The notes under the pieces are model-generated. The model worked only from the letters and a program-made list of their open reading frames with translations. It was not told the DNA's origin and ran no database searches. The position numbers and the translations under genes were made by a program. This document shows, piece after piece, positions 20,825 to 35,909 of a stretch of 64,000 bases of DNA. This DNA comes from the human T2T-CHM13v2.0 reference genome, Homo sapiens: the NCBI RefSeq assembly GCF_009914755.1, contig NC_060947.1; one strand, 5' to 3'. The number at the start of each line of letters is the position of its first letter. The stretch's first letter is position 1.

Positions 20825-21040
20825 GTAGGTAGTATAGTGGTTAAGAACGTGGGCTCTGAAGCCAGATTGCTTGGATATGGATTTGAATCTCAGCTCTACC
20901 ACTAACTGGCTGTGTGAACTTGGGTAAGTGCCTTAATCTCTCTGTGCCTTAATTTCCACATCTGTAAAATAAGATAGCAATAATACTTATCTCACAGAAC
21001 CTAGACCACTGAAAGTGTTCTATAAGTGAGTTCCTAGTAT
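20825..21040 (+). mobile_element. MIR
   Basis: gtatagtggttaaga...gaatctcagctctaccact...ctgtgccttaatttcc..atctgtaaaat core. Confidence 0.85.
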
Positions 21041-21044
21041 TGTT

Positions 21045-21313
21045 ATTTTTATTTTCTTCTTTTTTTGAGGCAGGGTCTCACTCTGTCGTCCAGGCTGGAA
21101 AGCATGGGTGACCTCCTGGGCTCAAGTGATTCTCCCTTCCAAGTAGCTGGGACTACAGGCACGCGCCACCACACCCAGCTGATTTTTTACTTTTGCAGAG
21201 ACAGGGGTTCGCCACATTGCTCAGGCAGGTCTTGAACTCCTAGACTCAAGTGACCCTCCTGCCTCGGCCTCCAAAGTGCTGGAATTATAGGTGTGCATCA
21301 CTGTACCCGGCCG
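21045..21313 (-). mobile_element. AluJ with internal deletions
   Basis: Antisense arms, shortened right arm. Confidence 0.85.
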
Positions 21314-22619
21314 GGATCCTTTTCACAGTTACAAGTATGACAGGAAGTTATAGCATGGTGACAGCACTGCACCCTTGGAACTTTATATTAGAGTTCTCTA
21401 TGTCTCACTTTCCCCATTGAATTCTAAGGCCCTCCAGGGCCGACTTACCTTTACCAACTGCGAAGAGCTGGACTCTGTCCCTTGCACTCAGTAGGTGCTC
21501 AATGACTATCTACTGGTTTAATGAAAATGCGTTCACCCAGATTTGGGTCAGCTCCCAGGCCACTCCAATTGGGTGTGAAAGTAACAGGAGCCGCCCCTTG
21601 CCTCCCAGACCAGATCCTGAGGGGCTGCGAGGGACTGTGGTCAAAGGAAAGGGACCAATGAAAATGAAGAAAACGCTGCCTCGCTAAGAGGTGCCACGTT
21701 TTCGTTCCGGGCTTTACATTTATTCCCTCTCATGAAGGCCAGCTGGGGTTTGGCTTTTCTACTTCCATGATGTAAACGTATTTTCAAGCATTGGTTACTT
21801 GGCTTGGGAGTTCACTGGGTGGACCTCAGCACTGAAAAATCTGTTCTGGGAGCTGTTAGCACTTTCTCACTCCCTTCCCCCTTAATAAACTAACTGCAAG
21901 AGAACCAAAAAGGTCAGTTTTAAGGTCCACAAAGGCAAGCAACTTACAGTTTCCCTAAGAAAGTCAGTTCTCTTTTCTTGGGGTTAAATTGTCATTGACC
22001 TGTTATGGAATTTTCTAGAAATTCCTCAAATTTCTTCAATTTTGAGTTGTGTGGTCCTGAAGAGAAAATATGTCATGCTGGTTTTCATGTTGAATGGCTT
22101 CCAACGTGAAGTCCTGGCAAGTTTCTCTTCTCAGTTGAACCCCAGCAGGACTTTGAATTAATTCTAGTAAATGATGGAGATGGATGGCTTGCTCATTGCC
22201 AACTTCACTGGAGTAAGTTATGGCAAGTTGACTTAATATGTTTTTCTTTCCTACCTTGGGTATCACATGCCTGGCTAATACCTTCATTACTGTAATTTCC
22301 AGTCTTCTGCAATCTCATTAGAGAAGTGTTTTAAAAATATAATTCCATAAAAGGTATGCAGAAATGCTAATTGCAAGTTCCTCAAAGAAATGTGTATTAT
22401 GGAGTAGAATTAAAGGGGGCATGGATTCAAAACTGGGATTAAATACATGCAAGAATGTAATCTGTGCGTATAGGGTGGCCTGTTATTGAAGATGAAGGAA
22501 TCACAGAATTTAGAGAAGAAAGTCAAATCAGAGATCTTTCTGCCCAACTACTCAGAGAACTAAGTCTCACTTACAAGATCCAGGACTGCCTGAGTATCTC
22601 CAGGGAGAAATAGACGTCT

Positions 22620-23079
22620 ACGTGTGGCCCTGTTTTTGCTCTACCCGGACTGCCTTGACATTCACCTCTCCATTCCCAAGGCTGTTCATTGCAGACACCT
22701 GCGACTTCCTGAGGGCATTTTTGTTGGAGCACATTTGGCCCACATGCAGGGCGAATCTGGAATGCTGGGGGGTGCTTCTGGAAGCAGCTCTTCACCAATG
22801 GTTGGTGAGGAATTGATGAATAAATCCCCACCTTCCTTGTCTCTTGCAGGGAGAACTCTGAGGTACCTTCTAGGTAGTCTCACAGGGCTCCCCATCAGGA
22901 TCAAGCTCTAATTGCCCACAGCAGTAGCTGATTTGCTAATACCCACTTGCTTTCTTTCCCTCTCACTTCACTCTCCCCAGCCAGTGTTGATTGGGATCAA
23001 CTCCCAAAGCAACTACTTGCATACTTGCACTGGAATCCTTGTCTCAGGGCTTGCTTCTGGGGGCAGCTCAATTAAGATA
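22620..23079 (+). mobile_element. ERVL LTR relic (LTR16-like)
   Basis: 3' end aatccttgtctcagggcttgcttctggggg...taagata typical of the LTR16 group. Confidence 0.65.
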
Positions 23080-23105
23080 ATTCCTAGTTCTGAAAGCCTA
23101 GTTCA

Positions 23106-23468
23106 GGCATTAGTCCGTTTTCACACTGCTGATAAAGACATACCCCAGACTGGGTAAATTATAAAGAAAAATAGGTTTAATGGACTCACGGTTCCATGTG
23201 GTTGGGGAGGCCTTACAATCATGGTGGAAGGTGGAAGGCACGTCTTACATGGCAGCAGGCAAGAGAGAGAATGAGAGCCAAGCGAAAGGGGTTTCTTCTT
23301 ATAAAACCATCAGATCTTGTGAGACTTATTCACTACCACAAGAACAGCATGGGGGAAACTGCCCCCATGATTCAATTACCTCCCACCGGTCCCTCCCACA
23401 ACATGTGGGAATTATGGGAGCTACAATTCAAGATGAGATTTGGGTGGAGTCGTAGCCAAACCTCATCA
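23106..23468 (-). mobile_element. THE1 solo LTR, MaLR
   Basis: attagtccgttttcacactgctgataaagacatacc ... gatgagatttgggtgg...agccaaacctcatca. Confidence 0.92.
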
Positions 23469-26400
23469 CCCACCCTCTCCTTGATGATTTTACATGTTCT
23501 CCACCTGGCCTCCCAGCCTGCAGCGTCTTCTCCTTTCCTGTCTCACCACACATTGCTTCCAAAGCATCCTGCCTCCTAAAGCATTATTCAGATGTGTCAT
23601 TCTGCCTGCTCAAAATCCTTTACTATTACCCCACATGCTAGGCAGAAACAAAAGTCCAAACCCCTCTCGTAAATCTAACCCATACCTAGCTTCTGGCTTG
23701 CAACAGCCTTGAATGTTTCACGTGCTTCTGCTGATCTCCCTATTCACAGTTGCTAAATATTTGCAGAATAAGAAGGTTTCAGGGAGGATGAAAAAAAGTC
23801 ATCTGGGGAATATATTATACCTTCATCTTCTTCCTACTTAAGAGAACTTCAAAGTACTTCTTTGCTCTTCTGAATATACTATAAATAGATTAGAAGCAAT
23901 TTTTTTCTTCCCCAGTTCTTTCATTCCAGAGATAGGGCTCTTATTAGTCTGATTAGAACAAAATTCTGCATGTGAGTGTCCTCCTGTAGTTTCCTAGACT
24001 GGAATTTAACTTTAATTCCAGAAGAGAATTAAGCTACTGATTTCCAACTGCTTTTTTATTTTGTTTAAAGCCCAGCCAATAAACACTGTAATGCTAAACA
24101 TCTCACACAAGCAGACAGAGGGAAGGAGGTTGTCTCTAAGATCCATTTAAGAGCTAACATGCTACTAACAAGCTCCTGTGATTTGAAGGTGTGATTGCTA
24201 GGAATGAGTAGGTGGGTAGATTCAAAGACTCAGAGATGAATCTAAATGTGTTCATGCATCCCATGGTTTTAGTTTAGTCAGTCCAAAAAGCCACTTACTG
24301 TTTAAGTCCATAAAATGATCAATGAGTGTTACCCATCAGGCCGTGAACGAAAGTCGGCCACAGTCTTTTCTTCCCCCAGAAGCCCCTGCCTCCCCCGCTC
24401 TACCAATACTTTCCTGACCTTCGGACTGGATGACTCTAACATGCTTAATCTAGTCCTGGCTTCCTCTTGAGAAAAATAAATATTAAATGTGAAATGAAAA
24501 CCACACATGTAATAATATTGGGATTAATGAGGTGCTGAATTGTATTCGTACTTTGCTATGGTTGGCAAGTAGGGTATGCAGCTGAATTCAAAACTGTGGA
24601 ACCGTTCGTAAAACAAAAATGTTAGCCCAAAGTCTTGCGTTCACCATGTGGCTTTTATCTTACCCGATCAGCATGGCAGGGCCTTCCACATCTGGGAGGC
24701 AGGGCAGACAGTGGTGTGGCCTGGGGGTTCTGGGGAAGCCCCAATCTTTAGCCTCCGTGCTTGCTAGTCAAAAGAAAAGAACAGATTGTTCCTGCTTACC
24801 TAGCACTGGTGCAGTTTGCTGGGGAGCGTTGTCATCAGACCATTATTGGTCATTAAAATGTAAACTCTCATTAGATTCCAAGAGTAACTAGCTTCCAAGC
24901 AGAGCTGAAAGGAGATGTGAGTTAACCTTCATGTGTGCAATTTCTCACGTATTCATTCCAATACCTCTTTTGGGAAGGTGTCATTAGTCCCATTAGACAT
25001 GAGAAAAAAACAAGTCTTAGAAAAGTAGGTGACCCACCACAGTTACATAGTTGGCAAGCCAGGGTTTAAACCGAAGCTTTCTGGCTGTAACTCCAGGAGT
25101 CAGTGCAGGTGCCACTCATTCACACCCTTAGAAACACAGGGATGCATTCTCAAATGTGCCTTTTCGACTGTCCTATGTGGCAGGTGAGCGTGACAGTTGG
25201 AACCATCTTTGTGAAAAGCAATTTGTACTATGGTATACACATTTTAAGTGTGTATACTTTTTGACTGCGTAATTCCACCTTGAGGGATCTTCCGGAAAGA
25301 AATGACCAGAGATGTGGATGATTACTGGAGATTTATGCAAACAGATGTTGATTACAGTGATATTTATAATAGCAAAATGCTCTGTGATTCCCTTACAAGG
25401 GGAAGGGCTAAGTCACTGTAGCAGAGGTTCCAGTTAGGCCAGAACAGAGACTCAAATATGTTGGGCGTCCCCAGCCTCTGGGTATAGGTTTGAATTAACT
25501 GATGCACATGGGCATCAAAGCAGAAAATGCATTGACTCGAGGCCACAGCTGGAGTTTGGATATAGACAGACATGTCAGATACAGTTGGTAGGGAGGAAGA
25601 GGAGGCCAACAGAAGCCGGCTTGCAAGGAGGGATGCGGGCAGGGGAGAATCTTGAAAAAAGAATCCCAGAAGAGAAGGGATTTTGGTGTGATCAGGTGGA
25701 TTCGGCAACACAGTTTGAGATTCCAAGAGGAGCAGCGAATGCACTTGTGACACTGTAGGGGAGGAGTAGTGCGAAGGCTGCCTATGTGAACCAAGGGGGC
25801 CCAACACGGAATGTCTCACACGGCAAAAGGCTGCTGGGTAATTAAAGGGTATGAGGATGGAGATAATGAGTGGTCAGACCGAATCTTCCTAAATGTGTCA
25901 CCAGAGGCTGGTGAAGCAGAGATCCCTTCCAAGGAGGGCACAGATGACTGAAACAGAATTCAGAGAAGCAGAAGCAGACTGAGCCCTGTGGCCCAGACTG
26001 ATGGTTGCAAACACATAAAGTGTCTCTACTTTTCCCCAGACACTCAAGAAAGACTTCACAAGGGACTGGGATTTCTGAGTGAGTAAGTGGGGCTGAGAAC
26101 ACATGAGATGCAGGGATTGGAAAAGCTATTTCTCTGCACCCATGGTCTACAAGCCTAGGATTCGGAGTTGATGTGTTATGGCTCATTTTGCCCACCTATT
26201 GCGGGTACATTGAATTTCCTGGAACAAACTCTCCCCTCCCCCGCATTCTACCCCACAGCTCATTAAGCAGCAGTTTAGAATCTTCTCTTGGTCTGCTGTC
26301 CTGAGGATCACCTTGGCTGGTTTGTGGACTACCCTCTTGGCTTGAGTTTCACCCTGGACTGCCATCTTCCCACTTCCACTGGACACACTTAAAGAACTAT

Positions 26401-27326
26401 CCAGTAATCATGAAAGAATAATGCTTTGAAAGGGTTTTAAGTGGAATGCATATAATCATAAGCAAGTAATGCAGGATAAAAAACTATATATATAGCATAA
26501 TTTTCATTATAAGAATGCATTAAAATATTGGAAGGAAATATGCTAAAGCCTTAAAGTGGGTAGTGGAGTTACAGATGGCCTATATTTCATTTTTATTTAA
26601 CTTCTTTTATTTTCCGTGAGCTGGAAGGTATTATTTTATACTTACAAAGGGGAGTATTAAAAATGTGTTCCTTTTCTCTCTCCAGAGTCTAACAAATGAA
26701 AAAGGCAGGCAGTGCACAAATCTATTAAATTTGGGTTGAAAAATAGATGGAGTTGGCCTGGAAGTTGCTAAGGCAGCCCATCTGGTTTAGCTGTATTGGA
26801 TGAAAACCAGTTGATTCCTTAATTTAGCATTAGCTTGGGTCACTGGTGCTTTTATACAACCTCAGAGAGAGAATTGAGCAGTTCCATATCTGGAAAACTG
26901 AGATAGTACCATCCTGATATAGGTGGCCCAAGGGGAATAATTTTGTAAGACGTGGCAAGTTAATGTTTGCAAAGAAAATGCTGTCTGTTCTTCAAGTGTT
27001 CTCAAAAATAGCATGTTGAGACTAGACAGCGTCCCCATCCAATTGCAAAAGAACTTCCAGTTCTCATTTACGATAAGTGAACCTTGAGTTAAATATTGAT
27101 TGGTAAGCCAAATGTGTGCATGAGGATTTTTATTAGATATTCATATCAGCAAGCACACACATTTATATTTTAAATTCAGAATTTATGATTTGAACCTAAC
27201 CAACTTCTATTTTCACTAAGATAGCAGTAATTTATTTGTAGCATGCTTTATGCTCCCATTTTTTTCTGAAGCCTGAGAACCTTCAGCACTCCTGTATTAA
27301 CTTTTGCATTGTTGCTTTGCACAACT

Positions 27327-27680
27327 AGTGTCCCACCAAAATTCATATGTTGAAGTCTCAACCCCGAGTACCTCAGAATGTAACCACCTCTTTAAAGAGG
27401 TGATTACGTTAAAATAAGGCCATTAGAGTGGGCCCTGATCCAATATGACTGGAAGAAGAAACACCAGGAGCACTGTCCATGCACAGAGAGACAGCCACAT
27501 GAAGAGGCAATGAGAGAGTGGCTATCTTTGAGCCAAGGAGAGAGGTCTCAGAAGAACTCAACCCTGCAGGCACCTTGATCTTGGACTTCCAGCCTCCAGA
27601 ACTGCGAGGAAACAAATTTCTGTTGTTTCAACCATCCAGCCTGTGGTGTTTTGTGACAGCAGCCCTAGCAAACTAATCCG
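27327..27680 (+). mobile_element. MLT1 (A/B-like) solo LTR
   Basis: caaaattcatatgttgaagtc...caccttgatcttggacttccagcctccagaactg...gcagccctagcaaactaat. Confidence 0.85.
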
Positions 27681-28463
27681 GCCTCCAGCCCTGTTTGTTT
27701 CTGAAGCCCAGCACTCGCAAGTCACCCCTCTTCCCTCTGACTCTCAAACCCACATGGCTCCTGTACATCTCCTAATCTGGTGTTTGCAGATTGGAACCCA
27801 ATAGTGGGTCTGGAAGACAATTTAGTGAATCTTGACCAGTATATGGAAAATGAAATAGACTAAAATACAACAGAGTGGCACAGAAGAGGATAGAATAAAA
27901 TACAGACTATCAAAATGCTACATGTAATAAAGGTAAAGTATAGCTCTTGTGAAGTCTTTATTTCCATTATGTATGTTTATATGTGTATACTAGTCCATGC
28001 TGAATTTCATACTGTGGACCATGGTAAAAATAATGTGGAAGTCACTGACCTAATTGGACTCTGCATTTTTTCTATCTCCAACTTCCAAAGCACTTTCATT
28101 CTGGTTGATCATCAGCAAAATTCACGATGAACTTAACTTCCTCCAAATGTTCTGTTTAACTGGCTAAAACCAAATAGGTCTCATCAATGCAATACATCCG
28201 TAGCAAGGATAGACGCTATTAGACATGCTCTAAGCAGGAAACCTGCTTCATCTTGACCTTTGTTGGATTTATATAGAATAACTGTATATTCATTTTTGAA
28301 GGAAAGAACGAAGCTATTTATGAAAGGCTGGAAATATAAAAAATTAAATCTAACATTAAATTTCATAATTTCTCACTGAACTTCCTCTTTTCTAACATGC
28401 CATTAATTGTAAGATGGACCATTACTTAATAATGGAGTTCCAAGCAAGAAAGAAACCCTACAG

Positions 28464-28637
28464 AGTTGTGCTGTCCAATATGGTAGCCACTAGCCACAGG
28501 TAGCTACTTACGTTCAAATTAATTAACATTCAAAATTCACTTCCTTAGTCTCACTAGCTACATGGCAAGTGCTTGGAACTCCATGTTCTATTATAGAACA
28601 TTTCTACTGTCACACAAAGTTCTGCTGGACAGCACTG
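28464..28637. mobile_element. MER3/MER33-like hAT MITE
   Basis: gtgctgtccaatatggtagccactagccac ... tggacagcac inverted ends. Confidence 0.8.
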
Positions 28638-28864
28638 CTGTGGTTTTGATGAAAAAGGAGTGAGCAGAAAGTTTTCAGGGTAGCCGCGGTTTGCAAAAGC
28701 AGTGGCGAGCAAATTGCTTTGGAGAAAATAAATTGTAACGGATTGTGCATGGGAGTAGTAGCTGGATGTTTACTTCCTCCAAGAGAAGGAAGTAAAAATT
28801 AGAATTGCATAAAGAAGGAGCCCTACAAAAATAGACGTGTCAATATAAAATAGCAATTATAATA

Positions 28865-29050
28865 ATTTTTATTAAGAGCTTGCTATTGTCAAGCACTGTG
28901 CTAAGTGCTTTACAGATTATCTGTGATTACAACCCTATGAAGTAAGAACTATTTTTACTGATGAGAAAATTGACAGTCAAAGATTCAAGTTGTTCAAAAA
29001 CGGACTGAGGAGGTGGCAGCAAGGATTTGAAGCCAGTTTCCAAGCCTCAT
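28865..29050 (-). mobile_element. MIR
   Basis: gcactgtgctaagtgctttaca...acaaccctatga...gatgagaaaattga. Confidence 0.75.
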
Positions 29051-29066
29051 TCTCCTTCTCTTATAC

Positions 29067-29403
29067 CAGCAGTTCTCAACTGGAGATTGGGAAGGTGGAG
29101 GTGGGGGTCAAGAGGTGCTTTCATCATCATCAGGCCTGACTGGGAAACCAGGAACACTCCCTCTTCCCAGGAAACCTTTTCCCAAAGCCCTTCTTCATCC
29201 CACCTCCAGCCTGTCTCCCACAATGCCCTCTGTAGCCGTTCTCAGCCTACAACCGCAAGGCTGAGGCCAGAGTGGGCATCAGGTGAAGACTGTTGTAGAC
29301 CCCTAGGGTTAGAAACTCTAAGTGGAATGTAAAGCCAGGGAATGTAAAAGGACAAACAACTCTCCAGGTGATTCTCATACACATGCTCCAGTTGAAAAAA
29401 CCA
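29067..29403. mobile_element. hAT-Charlie MITE (MER5/MER112-like) with terminal inverted repeats
   Basis: Left cagcagttctcaactggag pairs with right ctccagttgaaaaaacca; ctccaggtgattct subterminal motif. Confidence 0.6.
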
Positions 29404-29710
29404 GGCTGGGCACAGTGGAGCAGGCCTGTAATCCCAGCACCTTGGGAGGCCAAGATGGGAGGGTCATTTGAGCCCAGAAGTTTGAGACCAGCCTGGGCAA
29501 CATGGCGACACCCCATCTCTACAAAATATACAAAAATCAGCCAGGCATGGTGGCACACACCTGTGGTCCCAGCTACTTTGGGAGGCTGAGGTGGGAGGAT
29601 CACTTGAGCCCAGGAGTTCAAGGCTACAGTGAACTGTGACCATGCCACTGTACTCCAGCCTGGGCTACAGAGTGAGACCCTGTCTCAAAAAAAAAGAAGA
29701 CAAAGAAAAA
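29404..29710 (+). mobile_element. AluJ
   Basis: Full dimer, J-type arms. Confidence 0.92.
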
Positions 29711-30107
29711 ATTGTGCTACCTGGAAGGCAGTTAAATATTTAGTTGGATGAAAATAATTGTTGTAAATATGGTTACTGAATCAAATGCAAAATTCAAAAC
29801 CAAATCTTGGAAAAAAACACATAATGAATACAATATAATAATTATCTGGGTTTTACAGCCCCAGATCACAATATTAAAGACAGGACTTCATAGAGGATTA
29901 AAAACAAAACAAAATAAACAAAAAACCCACTCAATTGTTAAATGGCTGCTATAAAAAATTCTGCTTTTTTCATTTAGCCAACTAGAGAAATATAGGTTTA
30001 GGGCTACATTTAGTAAACTTCAAGGTAACCACAACTTAATAAAAAGTACAATAAATATACAAATAAATTTTAAAAATTAACAAAAAAAGTAACCACTACC
30101 AGGATTA

Positions 30108-30513
<406 letters not shown>

Positions 30514-30614
30514 CTAAAAGAGAGTACAAAGAAGATGCCAGAAATCAGGACATATGCATCAGTTTTTAGGCTAATAGTCAATGTTTGACACTGTGTAATA
30601 AAAAGCAGAGATGG

Positions 30615-30904
30615 GGCCTGGTGCAGTGGCTAATGCCTATAATCCCAACACTTTGGGAGTCTGAGGCAGGAGGATCACTTGAGGCCAGGAGTTCAAGATC
30701 AGCCTGGGCAACATGGCAAAACCGCGTCTCTACTAAAAATACAAAAATTAGCTGGGTGTGGTGGCATGCACCTGTAGTCCCAGCTACTCAGGAGGCTGAG
30801 GCAGGAGAATCACTTGAACCTGAGAGGTGGAGGTTGCAGTGAGCCAGGATCGCACCACCGCACTTCCAGCCTGGGCGACAGAGAGAGACTCTGTCCCAAA
30901 AAAA
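30615..30904 (+). mobile_element. AluS/Jb
   Basis: Full dimer; TSD aaaagcagag. Confidence 0.92.
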
Positions 30905-31684
30905 GCAGAGGTGCTCACACTGGGCTAAAAAGAAACAAAACATGATTGTGTGCTGCTTATAAATGACAACCTAAAACAAAATTACACCAAAAGGTTAAAA
31001 TTAGAAGGACGAATAAAGACACACCAATCAAAGGTAGGCAAAATAAAGCAGCTATAGTAGTATTGCTAAAGAAAGGATTCCAGACAAAAATACTTTTCAA
31101 AATGAATATTTATCAAACACTGAGATCAAGGAGGACTTGACAAGCTTAAAACAACAAAGAACTTCTCAAAGCTCTCTTCACAAGGACACATTTTTCTAGA
31201 TTTAATGATATAAAAATTTTAAGCATTTGAATAGCTAAAAGCAACACAATCAGATGGAAAAAGTAAACGAACTGATACAAATGTTTCCAACAACTGTAAC
31301 ACAGGATTATTAGCTTTAATATATAGTTTGTACAAATCCCCATGAAAAATATTAATGCAAAGATAGACAATTCAGAAAGAAGAAAACTGAATCAATGTAA
31401 ATCAAATAAGTTAGACTAGCAATGAGATAACTTGCTTCTTTCAAATTGACCATTTTGTAAAATCCCATTAAGAGCACTGGTGGAAATATAAATTGGTATA
31501 TTATTATTTGGAGATGATTCTGGCAGTAGCTTTCCAAAGCTTTTAAACAGTGTTCACTCCTTTTGAAACAATAACTCCACTCTGGGAATCAAGCCTATGG
31601 ACAGAATCAGAACTGTCAGACCAAGATTTATGAGCAAAAATGTTCAGGAAACTATTCTTCATGATAGAATTTTGAGAGAAGTCA

Positions 31685-32005
<321 letters not shown>

Positions 32006-32369
32006 CTATACACTGGATATTGAATTGCATACACAGTATCATCTCAACTAAATTAATAGTGTCTGCCTTTGAGTAATGAGATTTTACAGTCTTTTTTCTG
32101 CTTCTGACTACTTTCTATACTTTCTCAATGTTCTGCATTGAGCACAGGTTATTTTTATAATCAGAAAAAAATTGAGGAGAAAAAAATGACTCTCAGCCAT
32201 CGTCAGATCTTTAGTTCTAGCCCACTTTTTATTAATCAGGATTCTTGGCTGCAGAAACTGCTTCTGGCAATCTTGAGCAAAAGTTAATTTGTTGCAGGGA
32301 TTTGGGAGACAAAAAAGAAGGCTTGGGGGAGCCTGATTAGCCCTGGACTGTTGCATAAATGACCTCTAA

Positions 32370-32679
<310 letters not shown>

Positions 32680-33117
32680 CCAGTCTTCATATTATATCAC
32701 TCAGGCTTCCAAAACCGGGGAGAAAGCATCCCATGGTCCCCTAGCATAGGTCACCTGCTGGCATCAAGATGAGGAAGCTGGCTCATTAAAATCCACCAGA
32801 GGAGACAGACACCACCACCCTCCAAGACAAGACAGAGTGGGAGAAAGGTGAGCCCCCTCAAACTATTAGGGTGCTATTAGGAAGTGGGGAATGAGATCCT
32901 GTTGAAGTGAAATATGATGTCGCCACTGTTTATCTCTTCTGTGGGTCATTTTGCGTCTGAAGTGTCTTCTCCATCGTTTATTTCTTATCCATTTAAAAAA
33001 TCTCCCTGAAAAGCAACATCCTTCCCTCTGCACCATTTCAACTTTCTCCCTCAGATTCACCAATCAAACCGACTGTCAGATTCAGGGGATGTTTCTCAGG
33101 CTTGATCTTTCTAAATA

Positions 33118-33575
33118 TTCTAGTTTGGGATTCCTTAAAAGCAGAACCTGAGACAAGAATTTGACTGTAAGTCATTTATTTGGGAGGTGACCCCAGGAAA
33201 CACTGGTAAAGGAGTGAAGAAATGAGAAGGAAGGGAAACGAAGTCAACACAGTGTGTTGTTAACAAGTTATCACGATGGGCAAGCGAGGCTTAATCCCGC
33301 GGGGAACCCTGGGAAATGGTGCAGAACACGTATCTCAGAGTTAGGTCACCCAAGGGGCAAGGGGGCTGGAGTAGTTCTACACCAGCTTCTGTCAAGAGTT
33401 GGTTGAGGGCTGCTTGGCGGAGGGGGGCATTCCCTGGCATTTCCAGCCTGTCATGCCCATGGACAGAGCAGGCTCTGGAAGCCAGAGAAAGAGAGTTGAA
33501 GCAATGCAACTTCTAGCAGTTGGAAGTCTGGCAGCACACACTGGTAAGGGCCGAGGGAATGTGGGTGGGGCACTG
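33118..33575 (-). mobile_element. ERVL LTR relic (LTR16-like) within an L2 fragment (~33030-34110)
   Basis: aagcagaacctgagacaag...tttatttgggaggtgaccccaggaaacac; pyrimidine-rich L2-like flanks. Confidence 0.6.
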
Positions 33576-34673
33576 GCAGTATTTGCTTTACTAGACATTT
33601 CTGTGTGTGGTTTCACATCACTGATGACTCTTTCTGACTCGCTTCCTTTCCGTGGATACTAGAACACCCCACCCCACTTGTTTTCTGCCCTCTTCTCTTG
33701 CCACTTCTTCCCAGTCTTCTTCACAGATTCCTTGGTTGTTTCCCCCACATCCCTGCCAACTTAGATGTTGGTAATTAGCTATTGTCTTCTCATCCCACAT
33801 ACTTTCCTTGGCAACCTCAATCACATCTTTTGTCACCAAAGCCCATCTATAGCCCAGCTGGTCCACACTGAGATTTCTAGCCCTGCTCTCTTTCATGGAG
33901 TCTAGACCCAACAGCCTAATGAATGCCTCCACTTGGGTCTCCCGTGAGGCCCAACAGGTCTAAAACTTACCTCTCCAGATCTCTCTCCACCACTGAGGGC
34001 CCTCTCTCAAAATGGCAGCACTAGCCACCCAGGTTCCTAAGCCACAGACCCGGAGTCATCCTTCCTTCCCTCTCCCCTCTCCTTGCCCGTGATGTCTAAT
34101 TGGCCACAATCCCTTTAAGGCAGACTACTGTTATGCACCATCTTTAATAAAGTCAAGGTGTAGAAGGTGCTCCTCGCTTTGTCCCCAACATTCTTTTTGC
34201 TCTTTTTGGGCTCAGCCCACTTCCTGAAACTTTGTTGACTTCATTCCTGCCCCCCTGGCTTGCAAAGACCTCAGTCTCCCTGGCTCACCTCAGAGTGTTT
34301 GCTACAGCCTCAGAGTTGCATTTATTCTCAGGATCCTTCCACTTTTGCTAGGATTCCAAATCATTTAGGGTCCAGTTCACTTGTAAGTTACACAAATCCA
34401 AAATAACTGGGCCTTAAATAAGATAGAAGTATATTCATTTCTTATGTTTAAAAAAAAAATGTCCAAAGGAAGTCAGTCCAGGGCTGGTGTGGTCCCCTGG
34501 AGGGACTCAGTTTCTGCTTCTAATGGGGAACCCAAACTTGGACAATAGAGTAAAAATACACTTGGGGCATTTGATTCAAAATAAGAATTCCCCTGAGCAC
34601 AGTTCTCTGACAACTTGGGTAAATGTCAGGTGTCCATAAATCTGTGGAGGGCAGAAGCCCTTGGAAAGTTTTC

Positions 34674-34915
34674 TTTTTTCCTTTTTTTTTTTTGAGACAA
34701 AGTCTGTCTCTGTCACCCAGGCTGGACTGCAGTGGCGCAGTCTCGGCTCACTGCAACCTCCGCCTCCTGGGTTGAATTGATTCTCTTGCCTCAGCCTCCT
34801 GAGTAGCTGGGATTACAAGTGTGTGCCACCATGCCCGGCTATTTTTTTTTTAATTTATTTTTAGTAGACATGGGGTTTCACCATGTTGGTCAGGCTGGTC
34901 TCGAACCCTTGGCCT
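34674..34915 (-). mobile_element. 5'-truncated AluS
   Basis: Degenerate TSD ccct(t/a)ggaa(a/g)gttttc. Confidence 0.88.
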
Positions 34916-35909
34916 CACATAAACCCTAGGAAGGTTTTCAAGAAATTACTTGTCCTCCAGGTGGAACTATGACATGACGCTGCTGTGCAGCAGTCTAGAA
35001 GAAGCTAGAAGAAGCCTAGAAGAAGGTGGGAATCAGACAATGTGAGGCTGGAGGACTTTTTCCTCCTGGGGTTCCCTAGGACACTCCTGCCCACAGTACC
35101 TCCCACCACCATCTGTCTCCCAACTTCTCAGCATCTTTCTTCTCCTCCTCCCTTCAGGCCTACTCACGGTGGAGCCCAGCGACCAGCTCACAGGCTTCCC
35201 CACCATCTTACCCCACCCTGGCTCCTCAAGGTCCCAAACTCACCTACCACTGGAGGGAGGTGTCCCTGGGCAGCCAGAGCCCTAAGAATAATCTGGAAAC
35301 ACCTGAGGTGTTACGAGTTGAAACTAGCTTGTTGAGTTAACCCCTCCCAGGGGATATTTGCATCTTAACTGGGAACAATCATGAACCAGTGTTTTTTGAC
35401 CACATGGCTCTTGAAGAAAGTGACAATTATCTGAACCCTAGGACACATAGATGAGGCCACTCGTGGCTCTAGGCTACTAGTGCAGGATTCTGGCCATTCA
35501 GAGCCCCACCCTCTGCCTTAGGTCCCACTGGTAGCTCCAAGGGCTGAGGGGGGGTCATTATCTCAGCCACACTTTTAACACGCCCACCCCCCCCCGCCCC
35601 ACCCCCAGCACACTGGCAGGAAAACCACCTTCCATTGTTGAGGGAGGGATGTGTGAATAAGCTGCCCAGAGGGCCGAGGCAAGATTGAGAATTAGTGCCT
35701 TGAAACTGAAAAAATGTGCTTTTAAAACTTTTACTTGGGAAAATTTCCAGAACGGCACAAAAGTAGAGAAGGCAAGTAACCCCTTCATACCCACCATTCA
35801 GATTCAACAACAACTCATACATTGCTGTTCTTGTTTTTTTCAGGTATCCATCCCCCAACACAAATCTCAAAATGTCAGTTGTCATGTCATTTCACTGCAA
35901 TAGGCATCT

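Noticed and set aside
22137-22181. Peptide QQDFELILVNDG resembles the glycosyltransferase family 2 N-terminal motif
   Set aside because: Only ~10 residues, a stop lies 10 codons upstream and no further GT2 similarity follows; most likely chance
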